The notes under the pieces are model-generated. The model did not search any database, was not told the DNA's origin, and worked only from the letters and a program-made list of their open reading frames with translations. This document shows positions 51,280 to 62,830 of a stretch of DNA of 64,000 bases, one piece after another (position 1 is the first letter of the stretch; each line of letters opens with the position of its first letter). Made by a program: the position numbers and the translations under genes. This stretch comes from Macrostomum lignano (taxonomy: Eukaryota): positions 1 through 64,000 of the forward strand of contig NIVC01000262.1 in the NCBI GenBank assembly GCA_002269645.1, written 5' to 3'.

Positions 51280-52530
51280 CTACCCTAACCCTAGCCCTAA
51301 CCCGAATCATAACGCTATAACCCTGAACCTAACCCTAAACATAAACCCTAATACTAACACTAACCCTACAGCCTGATATCTGCATAAGTTTGTGAAGTGC
51401 TAGTAGTATTTTTTAGCTTAGTATCTTAACTTAGCGCTGAAGAGCCAAAAATGTAGTACAAGCTTTGTAATAAACTACATGTAGCATATCTTTGGAATAT
51501 ACCTTAGCCGTTTCTTGTAAGCCTTGACATGTCAGTAATTCCCCCCTCCCATAAGCTTAAACATATCAACTTCCCCCTTTGACATCTCAATGATGCCCCC
51601 CCCATAAGCCTTGAAATCTAAAAAAATCTGTCAACCTAACACTAACACTAGCCTAAACCTAACCCTAACCCTAGCCCTAACCCTAAAGCATTGACATTTC
51701 AATAATTCTCTCCAAGAATCATTATAGTGATTCCCTAAGAGCCTTGACATTTTAGGAATTCCCAAATGAATCTCTTAACTTTAACATGAAGCTTCTTTTA
51801 ATTTTTATATTATGCTTTTTCTATCAGTGATCCCTCCCCTGAGGAAGCAACAAATAATGTATTAAAAAGTTTTGAATAAACTACATGTAGCTTCTGACTT
51901 TAGCCTTGACATCTCAGCTATTCCCCCCATAAGCCTTGACATATCAGTGATGCTTCCCATAAACCTTGAAATTTGAAAAATCCCCTGTTAACCTTGAAAC
52001 CCACTAAAATCTAACCCTCAATCCAAACCTAACCTAAACCTAACTTTAACCCAACCTAAAGCCTTGAAATCTCAGCAATTCTTCTCCCCTAAGCCTTGAC
52101 ATTTTAGTGATTCCTTCTTTAAGAATCACAGCACTATAACGATTCCTTCTAAGCCTTGACATTGTAGCAATTCCCAAATGAATATTTTAACTTCGACATG
52201 ACTTTTCTTTTATGTATACATACTGCTACTTTTATTTTTTACATGAATTTTCTATCAGTGCCCCCCATGGCGAGCCAACAAAGAATGTAATAAAAATTGA
52301 TTGGTAATGTACATGTACTTTAAAGTAGCATCTGACTTTTGCTTTGACATCTCAGAACCCCCCTCATAATCTGTTATTCTCCATTAGCCTTGACATCTCA
52401 GTAATTCTCCCCAGCACAGCACTATAGCTTCATTTAACTGTTACCTAATACTTCTTTCATGTCTAACATGACACTTCAATGATTTTTTACATGATGCTTC
52501 TATGATTGTTTATATGATGCTTCTATAACA
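51280..52530. repeat. Degenerate tandem module of about 400 bp (AGCCTTGACAT motifs, (CCCTAA)-like runs); partial copy at about 55400-55650
   Basis: AATAAACTACATGTAGC at about 51469 and 51876; CAGTG..CCC..AGC(C)AACAAA at about 51826, 52256 and 55411. Confidence 0.7.
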
Positions 52531-55500
52531 TTTTTATTCCTGTTATCTTTTGCTCACAAGTCAAAAAGACTTTCAAACACACCTGGCCTTTAAGGGCACT
52601 CTTATGAGTGTGAGGCTCACATCTCCAAATCTCTCTTTGCTGCAAATTATTCAAGACAGTATATTTTATTTTATATACTGCAAGCAAACTGGTTTAGTCA
52701 AAAAAATGTACAGCAATGCATAGTTTGAGCAGGGCAGGGTTATCACTCAAGCATTTTTCTCTGTCCAATTGTTAGACAACCATATTATCCCCCCCCCCCA
52801 AAGCATTGCTGCAATTCCACTGTGTCACAAATTTGTAGGCTGCTGGCTTGGCCTTCAAACCTCAGCTTTGTTATCTGCCCTTTAGTGTAGAGCTGGTCTG
52901 GCTAGATAGAATTGGTCAAGACAAGAGGAGGCCATTGTTTTTTCGCTTTGATGTAAGCAAAATTTCTAGTGCTTACATATCTTCCCCTTTTTGGAGACTG
53001 ACACTTGTGTTATTTCTTCCTGTTGTTGCTTCTTCTCAATATGACTTCATCCTTGTAATAAGCAGTTTCATACTTGAATTTGTCACTAGTTGTTCTGGCT
53101 GAGCTAGTTAGTCGACTGATTGGTTGTGCCTCGTAGTTGAGTCAGTTTAGGCTAGGTGCATTTGTCAGAAGTTACAAACCAGCAAGTTCCTTCTGTTCGC
53201 AATACAGTTTGTGTTTGTGTTTTTCATGAGGCTCTTTTCCTCCGAAGTAGTCGTCAGTAGTTACTTAAATTTCAATTTGGGGATATCTTGAAATCTGTTA
53301 CTACAGAACTCCACCAGGCTTGTCTGGTTGCATGTCCAGTGTCGCATTGGGCAATGTTACTAATTAAGTTTAAATTCTCACTTTTTCAATTGATCCAGTT
53401 TGTATACTAAGTTGTAGGCCAAAAATTCAAAGAAATGACTGCCAGATATTGTGTTCAATCCAAAGTTGTGCCTTGACTGACTTAAACACTACACGCATAG
53501 AAGATAAACAGGTTTTGCACCAATATCTCTTGGATTGCCATTTAATGCATCGAGTAGAGTGGCGGCTGCACATTTGTAATGGCTTGGTGCGTCACAGTCG
53601 CGTCTTAATGTCATCAAGCATATCATGTCAATAATTGTCTCTTGGCTCTCTGGAGAATCTCGGTTGGCTAAGGACAGATTAATTACACTGGGCTTCTGGT
53701 TTTGATGATGTAACACTTTGCAACTTGGTCTTCTTGCTTGCTTGATGTGATGACTTGTTGACTTCACACTGACCTTGATCAAGCATGTTCTTTCTGACCT
53801 GTGGCAGGATGATTTTGTCTAGCGATAAAAAATTTTTGTTGCAATCACCCTAGTCAAGTTGGTGGGACTGGGTGACTCACTCTCAGGGAACCAGATATAA
53901 TAGTTTTTATTCTTGTTATCTTCTGCTCACAAGTCAGAAAGACTTTCAAACACACCTGGCCTCTGAGAGCCCTCTTATGAGTGTGAGGCTCACATCTCCA
54001 AATCTCTCTTTGCTGCAAATTATTCAAGACAATGTATTTTTTAGTCAAGCAAGCAAACTATTAATTAATTAATTATTATTAATATATGTATAATATTGTT
54101 ATTTCAAGGCTAGTGCTTATACCTCATTTAAGAGTTTTCTAATATATATATCTTAAATATATATCTCTATGTATATATAAATAGATATCTCAATTATCCC
54201 CTTTTTATGAGCCTTGATATTGTATTTACAACCTTATCCCTATTTCTTAGAAGATATATATATTAGAAAACTCTTAAATGAGGTATAAGCACTAGCTTTG
54301 AAATAACTCAACTGAATATTTAAGGTTGGTTGCAAGTTTTTAATAGGGGGGGGGGCTATATATAGCTTCAATAATCTTAAGGTGATGATTGATATTGCAA
54401 CTATGGATGATAGTAAACCTATCCCTTTCTTCACTTTTGATGCATTCACTATAGGCTATAAGATGGTCTTGCATGGCCAATGGCTTTAACTAATGATCTT
54501 TGCCCCTAATATACAACTAAGTTAGCCTACTATTTAGATTTATTTATATAGATAATACTCTGGTCAACAGAGCATTAAAATTGGTAGAGGACACATACAC
54601 TATAGTAGTATAGGCATTTAGCTTTTAAGTTTAAGGTAGGATAACAAGGTAATAAGGTAAGATAATGGAACAGTATTCCTATAGCATTTTAAATATTAAC
54701 AATCAAATTAAGTTGTTAAGCAGCTCTTTATCTCATTCTATATCCTTATCCCTATTTCTTAGAAAATAAACAATTTAAAAAAAATTGTTTGCTTAGTGAC
54801 AAACTTAATACAACAAAATGACTAGCATCCATAGCTCTTTAGCCTCTCCTTCTGGCTCTGGCTCTGCAGAATAAAGAAAAATATAACTGAGTGACTTGTG
54901 ACATTGCTTTGTACTTTTGCAACAATATATATATTTCTAATTTATACAAACTTTATGCTTCATATCTACCTTTAATATCAATAGGCCTAGTCTTGGTGAT
55001 TTGGAGAGTTTTGGACTATTATGCCTATATATAAGAGGCCTAACCTAGGGCTTATGGCTTAGGGAGTTAGGCTTATGATATATAAATAAGTAAAGGCAGA
55101 TTCAAGAAAGGGCAGAGACTGCTACCCCTTCCCCTTGTAGCTAGCAATAATGGTACCTTTTTTCTTTACCCTAGTAATCTAGCTGAGTCTAGTCCCAAAT
55201 TTTGTCAATATTCTATATCTTAACTAAAATATTCTGAACTGAATAGATTAAGTGATTAAATCCAAAAAGGAAAAAGACATAAGAATGCCAGAAAACACAA
55301 GCTGAGCATAACAACTGCTTGGCCAGGTTCTTATCAAAAACAGACCTCACTAACTTCAGTTTGCTTAGTATAGTATCCTCTTAGTATAAACTAGCAATAC
55401 TTGTAGCAATCAGTGTCCCTCCCTATTAGGAAGCCAACAAAGAATGGAATAGGCTTATTTTTTTTGGATTAAACTATTAAGCAATTACTTTATAAGCCTT

Positions 55501-56855
55501 GACATCTTAGCTATTTATCCTATAAGCCTTGATATCTCAATTATCCCCTTTTTATGAGCCTTGATATTTTAATCATATTCCCATAAGCCTTACAATCTTA
55601 GCAATTCCCTCTAACCCTAACCCTAAACCTTAACTTTCATCCTTCCTGCTTCATCCCACCCTTGGCCTACTTAACCCTACAATCTAATGAGATAGTGTAA
55701 GATCTATTAAAATAAGATAATATCTATTGTAAGACAAAGTTAGGTCTTCTAAATCTATGGCTACCCAACCCCTGCCTTGGCCTGCCCTACCTCTAGCTTA
55801 TATAACAGTTTGGATAATAGCATAATAGTTTGCTATCACAAAATGATAAGTCTTTATAGTTTAGTGTCATAGCATAATAATCCTTATAAATTTCTAGGCC
55901 TATCATAACATGATATATTTCTGTGACTTATATGATCCATAACTTTACAATCTAAAATAAATGTTTACTCTTTGACAAAAGTACAAATAATTATTTAGTC
56001 TGGCCTATAAAAGTCTGCTTACTTCTCTAGAAAATAAAGTAAACATGAAACTTACGCAAACATTAGCAACCAAAATCCAATCTTAAGTTCATTATACAGA
56101 ATAATTATCAAATTTGTATGGTTTTCTTATCTAATATATGCTATAGCAGAAATTAGAACAGTTTCTTCAACAAAATCAGATTCTTCACTTTTACTATCAC
56201 TTGAAAAACTTTCCCAGATTGATCTTTATCAATTATTTGGCCTTCTTGCTTAATTGTTTTATTTTTAGCTTTGAAAGTTTTTTCAATGGTATAATAGGTA
56301 GACACATAATAAAAAATTCATATCAAAATGTTATACTTATAAAAATAAGTTAATATTTATTAATATTTATTAGGCCTAGATTCCTAAAAGAAATTCTTTA
56401 AAATAAATTTAAACTAATGGCAAGCCTTGCCATCAAATATCAAATTTTGACTATTGGACAAAAGTGCAAATAATAATCTAGCCTAAATAAATCTGCCCAG
56501 GTCTCTAGAAAAGGGAATAAAATTAAACTCATATTAAAAAGTTTATAACTTTCAATTTTAACTATAACTTAAAATTTAACTATTTCATTTATAACTATTT
56601 ATAACTTCCTTACAAACATATCCATAGCTATAGTAGAACTAATTATTTAAAACAAAATTAACAAAAGATCAAAGTCACCAAAACTTTATTATTTATATTG
56701 AACAAAACAGTCAAAAGTCTTATATGTTGACATAAATTTTATCAAATTCTGTGATATCATAATATATACTTTTGACGATATGCTCAGAAACACTAGAAAC
56801 TACACAGCAGCTTTTTGAAATTTTATTTTATTAAATAAACATTTGCACACACTTT

Positions 56856-57266
56856 ATGGGCAAGCGCTACTATTGTGACTACTGTGATAAGCATTTAGCT
56901 AATAATGCTTCGCAGCATAAAAGCCATCTGTGTAGTGCAGGCCATGCCAAGCTAAAAGCCAATCACCATGCCAAATTTAGACAGCCGGATGAAATCCTAT
57001 TGACTGATTCGGGCAAAAAGCCATGCAGGAATTTTTTCAACACTGGACAGTGTCAATTTGGCCAACTGTGCAAATTCTCTCATTTGACAGATGCGGAGCA
57101 TTGCAAATTAGTTGATCAGGCTGCTAAATTAAAGGCTCAACAAGATCCTGTGCAGTTGTTGTGCCAGGCTCAAGCTGCTTTTGACAAATGGCGAAATAAG
57201 TTACAGAGTAGCTCTAATACTGATTTTGTAGCTAGTGGTGCTAATGAAGCTGCCAATGCAAAATGA
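56856..57266 (+). CDS. ZMAT5: Zinc finger matrin-type protein 5 (U11/U12 snRNP 20K), 136 aa
   Basis: The N-terminus MGKRYYCDYCD...HL...H (U1-type zinc finger) followed by KKPCRNFFNTGQCQFGQLCKFSH (CCCH finger) is the ZMAT5 signature. Confidence 0.92.
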   Translation: MGKRYYCDYCDKHLANNASQHKSHLCSAGHAKLKANHHAKFRQPDEILLTDSGKKPCRNFFNTGQCQFGQLCKFSHLTDAEHCKLVDQAAKLKAQQDPVQLLCQAQAAFDKWRNKLQSSSNTDFVASGANEAANAK

Positions 57267-57284
57267 TTTTTATATATGGGGTCT

Positions 57285-58150
57285 CCCACTTTTGTCTCAC
57301 CTGGCATCTCCCACTTTTGTCTCACCTGGCATCTCCCACTTCTGTCTCTCCTGGCATCTCCCACTTCTGTCTCATCTGGCATCTCCCACTTCTGTCTCAC
57401 CTGGCATCTCCCACTTCTGTCTCATCTGGCATCTCCCACTTTTGTCTCACCTGGCATCTCCCACTTCTGTCTCATCTGGCATCTCCCACTTCTGTCTCAT
57501 CTGGCATCTCCCACTTCTGCCTCACTCTCACCTGGCATCTCCCACTTCTGTCTCACTCTCACCTGGCATCTCCCACTTCTGTCTCACCTGGCATCTCCCA
57601 CTTCTGTCTCATCTGGCATCTCCCACTTCTGTCTCACCTGGCATCTCCCACTTCTGTCTCACCTGGCATCTCCCACTTCTGTCTCACCTGGCATCTCCCA
57701 CTTTTGTCTCACCTGGCATCTCCCACTTCTGTCTCACCTGGCATCTCCCACTTCTGCCTCACTCTCACCTGGCATCTCCCACTTCTGTCTCACCTGGCAT
57801 CTCCCACTTCTGTCTCACCTGGCATCTCCCACTTCTGTCTCACCTGGCATCTCCCACTTCTGTCTCATCTGGCATCTCCCACTTCTGTCTCACCTGGCAT
57901 CTCCCACTTCTGCCTCACTCTCACCTGGCATCTCCCACTTCTGTCTCACCTGGCATCTCCCACTTCTGTCTCATCTGGCATCTCCCACTTCTGTCTCACC
58001 TGGCATCTCCCACTTCTGTCTCATCTGGCATCTCCCACTTCTGTCTCACCTGGCATCTCCCACTTCTGTCTCACCTGGCATCTCCCACTTCTGTTTCTCC
58101 TGGCATCTCCCACTTCTGTCTCTCCTGGCATCTCCCACTTCTGTCTCACC
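57285..58150. repeat. 25-bp minisatellite CTCACCTGGCATCTCCCACTTCTGT
   Basis: Read directly from the sequence. Confidence 0.95.
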
Positions 58151-58629
58151 CGGCAACCCAAAATCCTGTATGCTAAATAAAAATCATTGTATATACCTAG
58201 TTAAATTCAATAGCTTTCTTGTGTGAACAAATTCACTGCATTCTCTAAACCCACTTCTTATCTTTTAAAGACAGTCTCAGCTTTATTGTGCGGCCTAATT
58301 GTAAATTTTGTGACTATAAAATAAGTATGCTCATATAGCAATGATGTAAGTGCGGTGACAACTGCGTGTACAGAAAACTTTATTAGCATCAACAATGTAG
58401 AGAGATGTACTTGGTTGCAATTGTCAATTAATAAAAACTTGTTCAGGCGTTCGTACGTAAATTCTAGAGGCTAGTTTATTCTTTACAGACTTATTCGTTT
58501 TTTATTTCTTTCTATTATTATTTTTATCTTAGATGACCAGTTTTTCAGTAAATATTAGTTATTGCTAGGACCAGACTGTCAGCTTTTAATAATAGAACAC
58601 CGTTTCCATCCACTCATGTAAACTCACGA

Positions 58630-59832
58630 ATCACATGACATCCTCACTGACTCTCATGACATCCTCACTGACTCACATGACATCCTCACTGACTCTCATG
58701 ACATCCTCACTGACTCGCATGACATCCTCACTGACTCACATGACATCCTCACTGACTCACATGACATCCTCACTGACTCACATGACACCCTCACTGACTC
58801 ACATGACAGCCTCACTGAATCACGTGACAGCCTCACTGACTCTCATGACATCCTCACTGAATCACGTGACAGCCTCACTGACTCTCATGACATCCTCACT
58901 GACTCACATGACAGCCTCACTGACTCACGTGACAGCCTCACTGATTCGTAGGACATCCTCACCGATTCACATGACACCCTCACTGACTCACATGACAGCC
59001 TCACTGACTCACATGACAGTCTCACTGACTCTCATGACAGCCTCACTGACTCTCATGACACCCTCACTGACTCTCATGACAGTCTCACCGATTCACATGA
59101 CACCCTCACTGACTCACATGACATCCTCACTGACTCACATGACAGCCTCACTGAATCACGTGACAGCCTCACTGACTCTCATGACATCCTCACTGACTCA
59201 CATGACAGCCTCACTGACTCACGTGACAGCCTCACTGACTCGTATGACATCCTCACCGATTCACATGACACCCTCACTGACTCACATTACAGCCTCACTG
59301 AATCACGTGACAGCCTCACTGACTCTCATGACATCCTCACTGACTCACATGACAGCCTCACTGACTCACGTGACAGCCTTACTGATTCGTATGACATCCT
59401 CATCGATTCACATGACACCCTCACTGACTCACATGACAGCCTCACTGAATCACGTGACAGCCTCACTGACTCTCATGACATCCTCACTGACTCACATGAC
59501 AGCCTCACTGACTCGCATGACATCCTCACTGACTCACATGACTGTCTCACTGACTCACATGACATCCTCACTGACTCACATGACTGTCTCACTGACTCAC
59601 ATGACAGTCTCACTGACTCTCATGATAGCCTTACTGACTCGCATGACATCCTCACTGACTCACATGACTGTCTCACTGACTCACATGACAGTCTCACTGA
59701 CTCTCATGATAGCCTTACTGAATCACATGACAGTCTCACTGACTTACGTGACACCCTCACTGACTCTCATGACAACCTTACTGAATCACATGACAGTCTC
59801 ACTGACTCACATGACATCCTCACTGACACATG
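58630..59832. repeat. 21-bp minisatellite CATGACATCCTCACTGACTCA
   Basis: Read directly; explains ORF 58635..59849. Confidence 0.95.
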
Positions 59833-60163
59833 CCTATAAATTCACATGAACAAGATTTAGTATCTAATATAGTCACTAAGGTCCTTTTGACGTATTTATA
59901 AACTTTTTGATCTAATTTCGTACGTAATATCTATAAATTATTGTATCAGTCACATTGTCCATATTTAGCTAGGCTGAAGTATTAAATTGCCATTAGCTTC
60001 TGAAATCGGAAAAAGTTTCGGCATTAAAACTGCCACATTCCGTTTCTCTTGGTGTTTCCCTGCTCTGTCTCTCTCTCTCTGCATTGGCTCGAGTCAAGTT
60101 TTATCAATGAATGTACAGCGGCAGCACCAGCGCCTGTTTGCTAGCACCGGAAGTACCAAATAG

Positions 60164-60194
<31 letters not shown>

Positions 60195-60541
60195 CGTCTG
60201 TTTTGTCCTACTCTCCATTCTGTATTAACTTTCCTGAACGCTCAGAAGCCTTGCGCACAACAAGCGAAACAATTTTCTGTCCTTGGGGGTTGCAGTCTCT
60301 CTCTCTCTGTTTCTCTATAGCGACTGCAAAACTTGTAGCTTTTGCCATACCATATACTTATAATATATAAGCTGGCAGCTGTGTTAGCGACATCAATGCC
60401 GCGTTGCCTGTTTATAGATCTTTAATATTATTTTTTATGTATAAACTATTCCAGCATTCATCTGGATTAAATTTCTTCGCTTGTTAAAGAAGATCGATTG
60501 AGGTGCAATCTTAAAAAAGAGTATATAATTTGTTTCAAACA

Positions 60542-62086
60542 ATGGCGTCAAACGCCAAGCTGAAGTTTCCTTCCTTACGCAAAGATGACGTATGCGACCG
60601 GTCCAGACCGTTGGAGGGTAAGCACCTTGACGGTATCTATAAGCGCATCTCCAAGGTGATTCGATTTCTAGGCAGCGTTGGTCTTGAAGTCTACCAGCCA
60701 TTTATTTTGGAGACACTGCCAGAGATTGCTACTAAACTGCGCCAGGTGTGGTCGCACTACGAATCAACTGATCGACAGTCTGAGCTCAGTTATAACGAGT
60801 ATTTTCGCATATTTCTTGAAAGCCTGGACGCTAAAGTTCGCGAGTTGAAAGTGTTGTGCCGACATAATAAGGCAGAGATGTACAACAGCAATAGCAAGCC
60901 GAGGGTAACCCTCATCCGCATGTCAATGACGCTATCCTATCTGTTTAAAGACTTCAAAGTATTCTTTCCTAGCAACGAGTTTAGCGAGCATTTCCGTGTC
61001 ACTAAGCAGGACGCGTCGGACTGGTGGTCGAGGAATTTCGGCAATCGAGTTCTGGTGCCATGGCACGAATTCCAGTTCAGATTTGGCTCAGAGCATTGCA
61101 TCAGTAGCTTTGAGGAAGCGCAGAGTCTGAAGCGCGACATTGATATTACACTGAATGATTATGTGTCCAAGTTTGAATTTGACGTATTTACCCGCCTCTT
61201 CATGCCTTGGTCTAACATACTCAATACCTGGAAGATGCTAGCCGTTAAGCATCCGGGTTACGTCAACATGACCTACGAGGAGGTGAAGAAATGCCTAGAA
61301 GAGCTCTGCGATAAGCCGGCTAGTTTTGTGTTCCGCCGATCTTGCACTAAGCTAGGCTTCTGGTCAATTGGTTTCGTTAGTAACAGTCGCAAAGTTAATC
61401 AGACTGTTATTAGAGATGGAAAATCTATCGTTGAAGCTTTAGTTGAAGGCGCCGAGCAGAGGCTCTATCTGTATCCGAGGGGCATGGATCCCAGCGCGGC
61501 GCCAGATCTGCAATTCCTCTTATCCTGCCGAGCTAAAGAGCAAATTGCCGTGTCAGCTGAAGAATTCGAAATCTATTCAAACATGGATTCCAGTTTTGAG
61601 CTGTGCAAAATCTGCTCCGAGAATAATAAAGATCTTAAATTAGAGCCGTGCGGTCATCTGCTCTGCCGGGCGTGTTTTAAAGACTGGTCGCAGAAGTTGA
61701 ACCGGCACGACAAAACTAGCAGTTGCCCGTTCTGCCGGGCCGAGATTCGATCTACTCAGAATATTGAAATCAGTCCCTTCCAGCCAATGCAGGTCTTGTC
61801 GAATCCGCAGCCGCAAGCTGCTGCTTCAGCAAAAGCAGCAACAGCAGCAGCAAAAGCAGAAACAGCATCGGAGACTCCTGCAGCGGCTAAAGATTTAATC
61901 GACCTGTTCGATCTACCACCGCCGCTGCCAATGCGCAATTCCGAACGAACAACTGGGGCAGCAGCCGCCTCCGCCGATCCATTCGGTCCGCTATCAATGA
62001 TAGATACTCAATCGAATGGTTTTGTTGCAACATCGGCAGCTGAAACTGCTGCTACTGGCTCTAAACAATGGGAAAGCTTTGGGTGA
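60542..62086 (+). CDS. CBL: Cbl-family E3 ubiquitin ligase (TKB, linker, RING, short tail), 514 aa, single ORF
   Basis: FRVTKQDASDWW, DITLNDYVSKFEFDVFTRLFMPW, LAVKHPGY, FVFRRSCTKLGFWSIGFV (SH2-like), EIYSNMDSSFELCKICSENNKDLKLEPCGHLLC...CPFCRAEI. ATG at 60542; upstream acceptor-like TATTCCAG at about 60454. Confidence 0.96.
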   Translation: MASNAKLKFPSLRKDDVCDRSRPLEGKHLDGIYKRISKVIRFLGSVGLEVYQPFILETLPEIATKLRQVWSHYESTDRQSELSYNEYFRIFLESLDAKVRELKVLCRHNKAEMYNSNSKPRVTLIRMSMTLSYLFKDFKVFFPSNEFSEHFRVTKQDASDWWSRNFGNRVLVPWHEFQFRFGSEHCISSFEEAQSLKRDIDITLNDYVSKFEFDVFTRLFMPWSNILNTWKMLAVKHPGYVNMTYEEVKKCLEELCDKPASFVFRRSCTKLGFWSIGFVSNSRKVNQTVIRDGKSIVEALVEGAEQRLYLYPRGMDPSAAPDLQFLLSCRAKEQIAVSAEEFEIYSNMDSSFELCKICSENNKDLKLEPCGHLLCRACFKDWSQKLNRHDKTSSCPFCRAEIRSTQNIEISPFQPMQVLSNPQPQAAASAKAATAAAKAETASETPAAAKDLIDLFDLPPPLPMRNSERTTGAAAASADPFGPLSMIDTQSNGFVATSAAETAATGSKQWESFG

Positions 62087-62239
62087 GATACCCGGAACTT
62101 GTTCACTTGTCAATTCTTACGCCAGTTAGAACTTATATTAGATTCTTATTTTACCTAGATCAGTCTGGGGCTCTGGATAGTATCATTCGTATCTAAAAGT
62201 CTCGTTCATTCCGTGTCAGACTGATGATGTAATTCAACG

Positions 62240-62830
62240 GTTGGTGAACTTTTTATCTCCAGAAGGGTAAGATCGACAATCTAGCGCATGACTGCGGGCC
62301 AGAAGACAGGAAAGACAAAATAAAAGAAAAGGAGAGGAAGAGAAGGGAGAGGAAGAGAAGGGAGAGGAGAGGAAGAGAATGGAGAGAAGAGTAAGAGAAT
62401 GGAGAGGAGAGGAAGAGAAGGGAGAGGAGAGGAAGAGAATGGAGAGAAGAGTAAGAGAATGGAGAGGAGAGGAAGAGAAGGGAGAGGAGAGGAAGAGAAG
62501 GGAGAGGAAGAGAAGGGAGAGGAGAGGAAGAGAAGGGAGAGGAGAGGAAGAGAAGGGAGAGGAGAGGAGAGGAAGAGAAAGGAGAGGAGAGGAGAGGAAG
62601 AGAAGGGAGAGGAGAGGAGAGGAAGAGAAAGGAGAGGAGAGGAGAGGAAGAGAGAGAAGAGGAGAGACACGAGAGGAGAGAAGGGAAGAGAGGAATATGA
62701 GATTATAGATGAGATAGTTGAGAGGAGACGCAAGAATTGAGCGGCCCAGATTGATATTGGGAAGTTTCAAGTGACCTGAGGGCCTGAGGGCCGGATAGAG
62801 AGGCTTGAGGCCAGAGAGTTTGCCGACCCC
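62240..62830 (-). mobile_element. hAT-type MITE remnant carrying an internal GA/CT tract (about 62330-62700)
   Basis: Minus strand begins TAGGGGTCGGCAAACTCTCTGGCC and ends ...TCTGGCCCGCAGTCATGCGCTAGATT...; both ends match segments at 41694/43185 and 44603/46275. Confidence 0.55.

Noticed and set aside
53225-53262. Minus-strand CTGACGA-CTAC-TTCG-GAG-GAAA resembling a hammerhead core
   Set aside because: Stem II is bulged, and no complementary strands for stems I and III or a cleavage triplet are nearby.
49850-56380. Frequent TAGGCCTA and TACATGTA palindromes
   Set aside because: Irregular spacing in AT-rich DNA; significance cannot be shown without genome-wide counts.
57235-59849. 313-404-aa ORFs after ZMAT5
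   Set aside because: 25-bp and 21-bp arrays; the 21-bp unit keeps a frame open only because it is a multiple of three.
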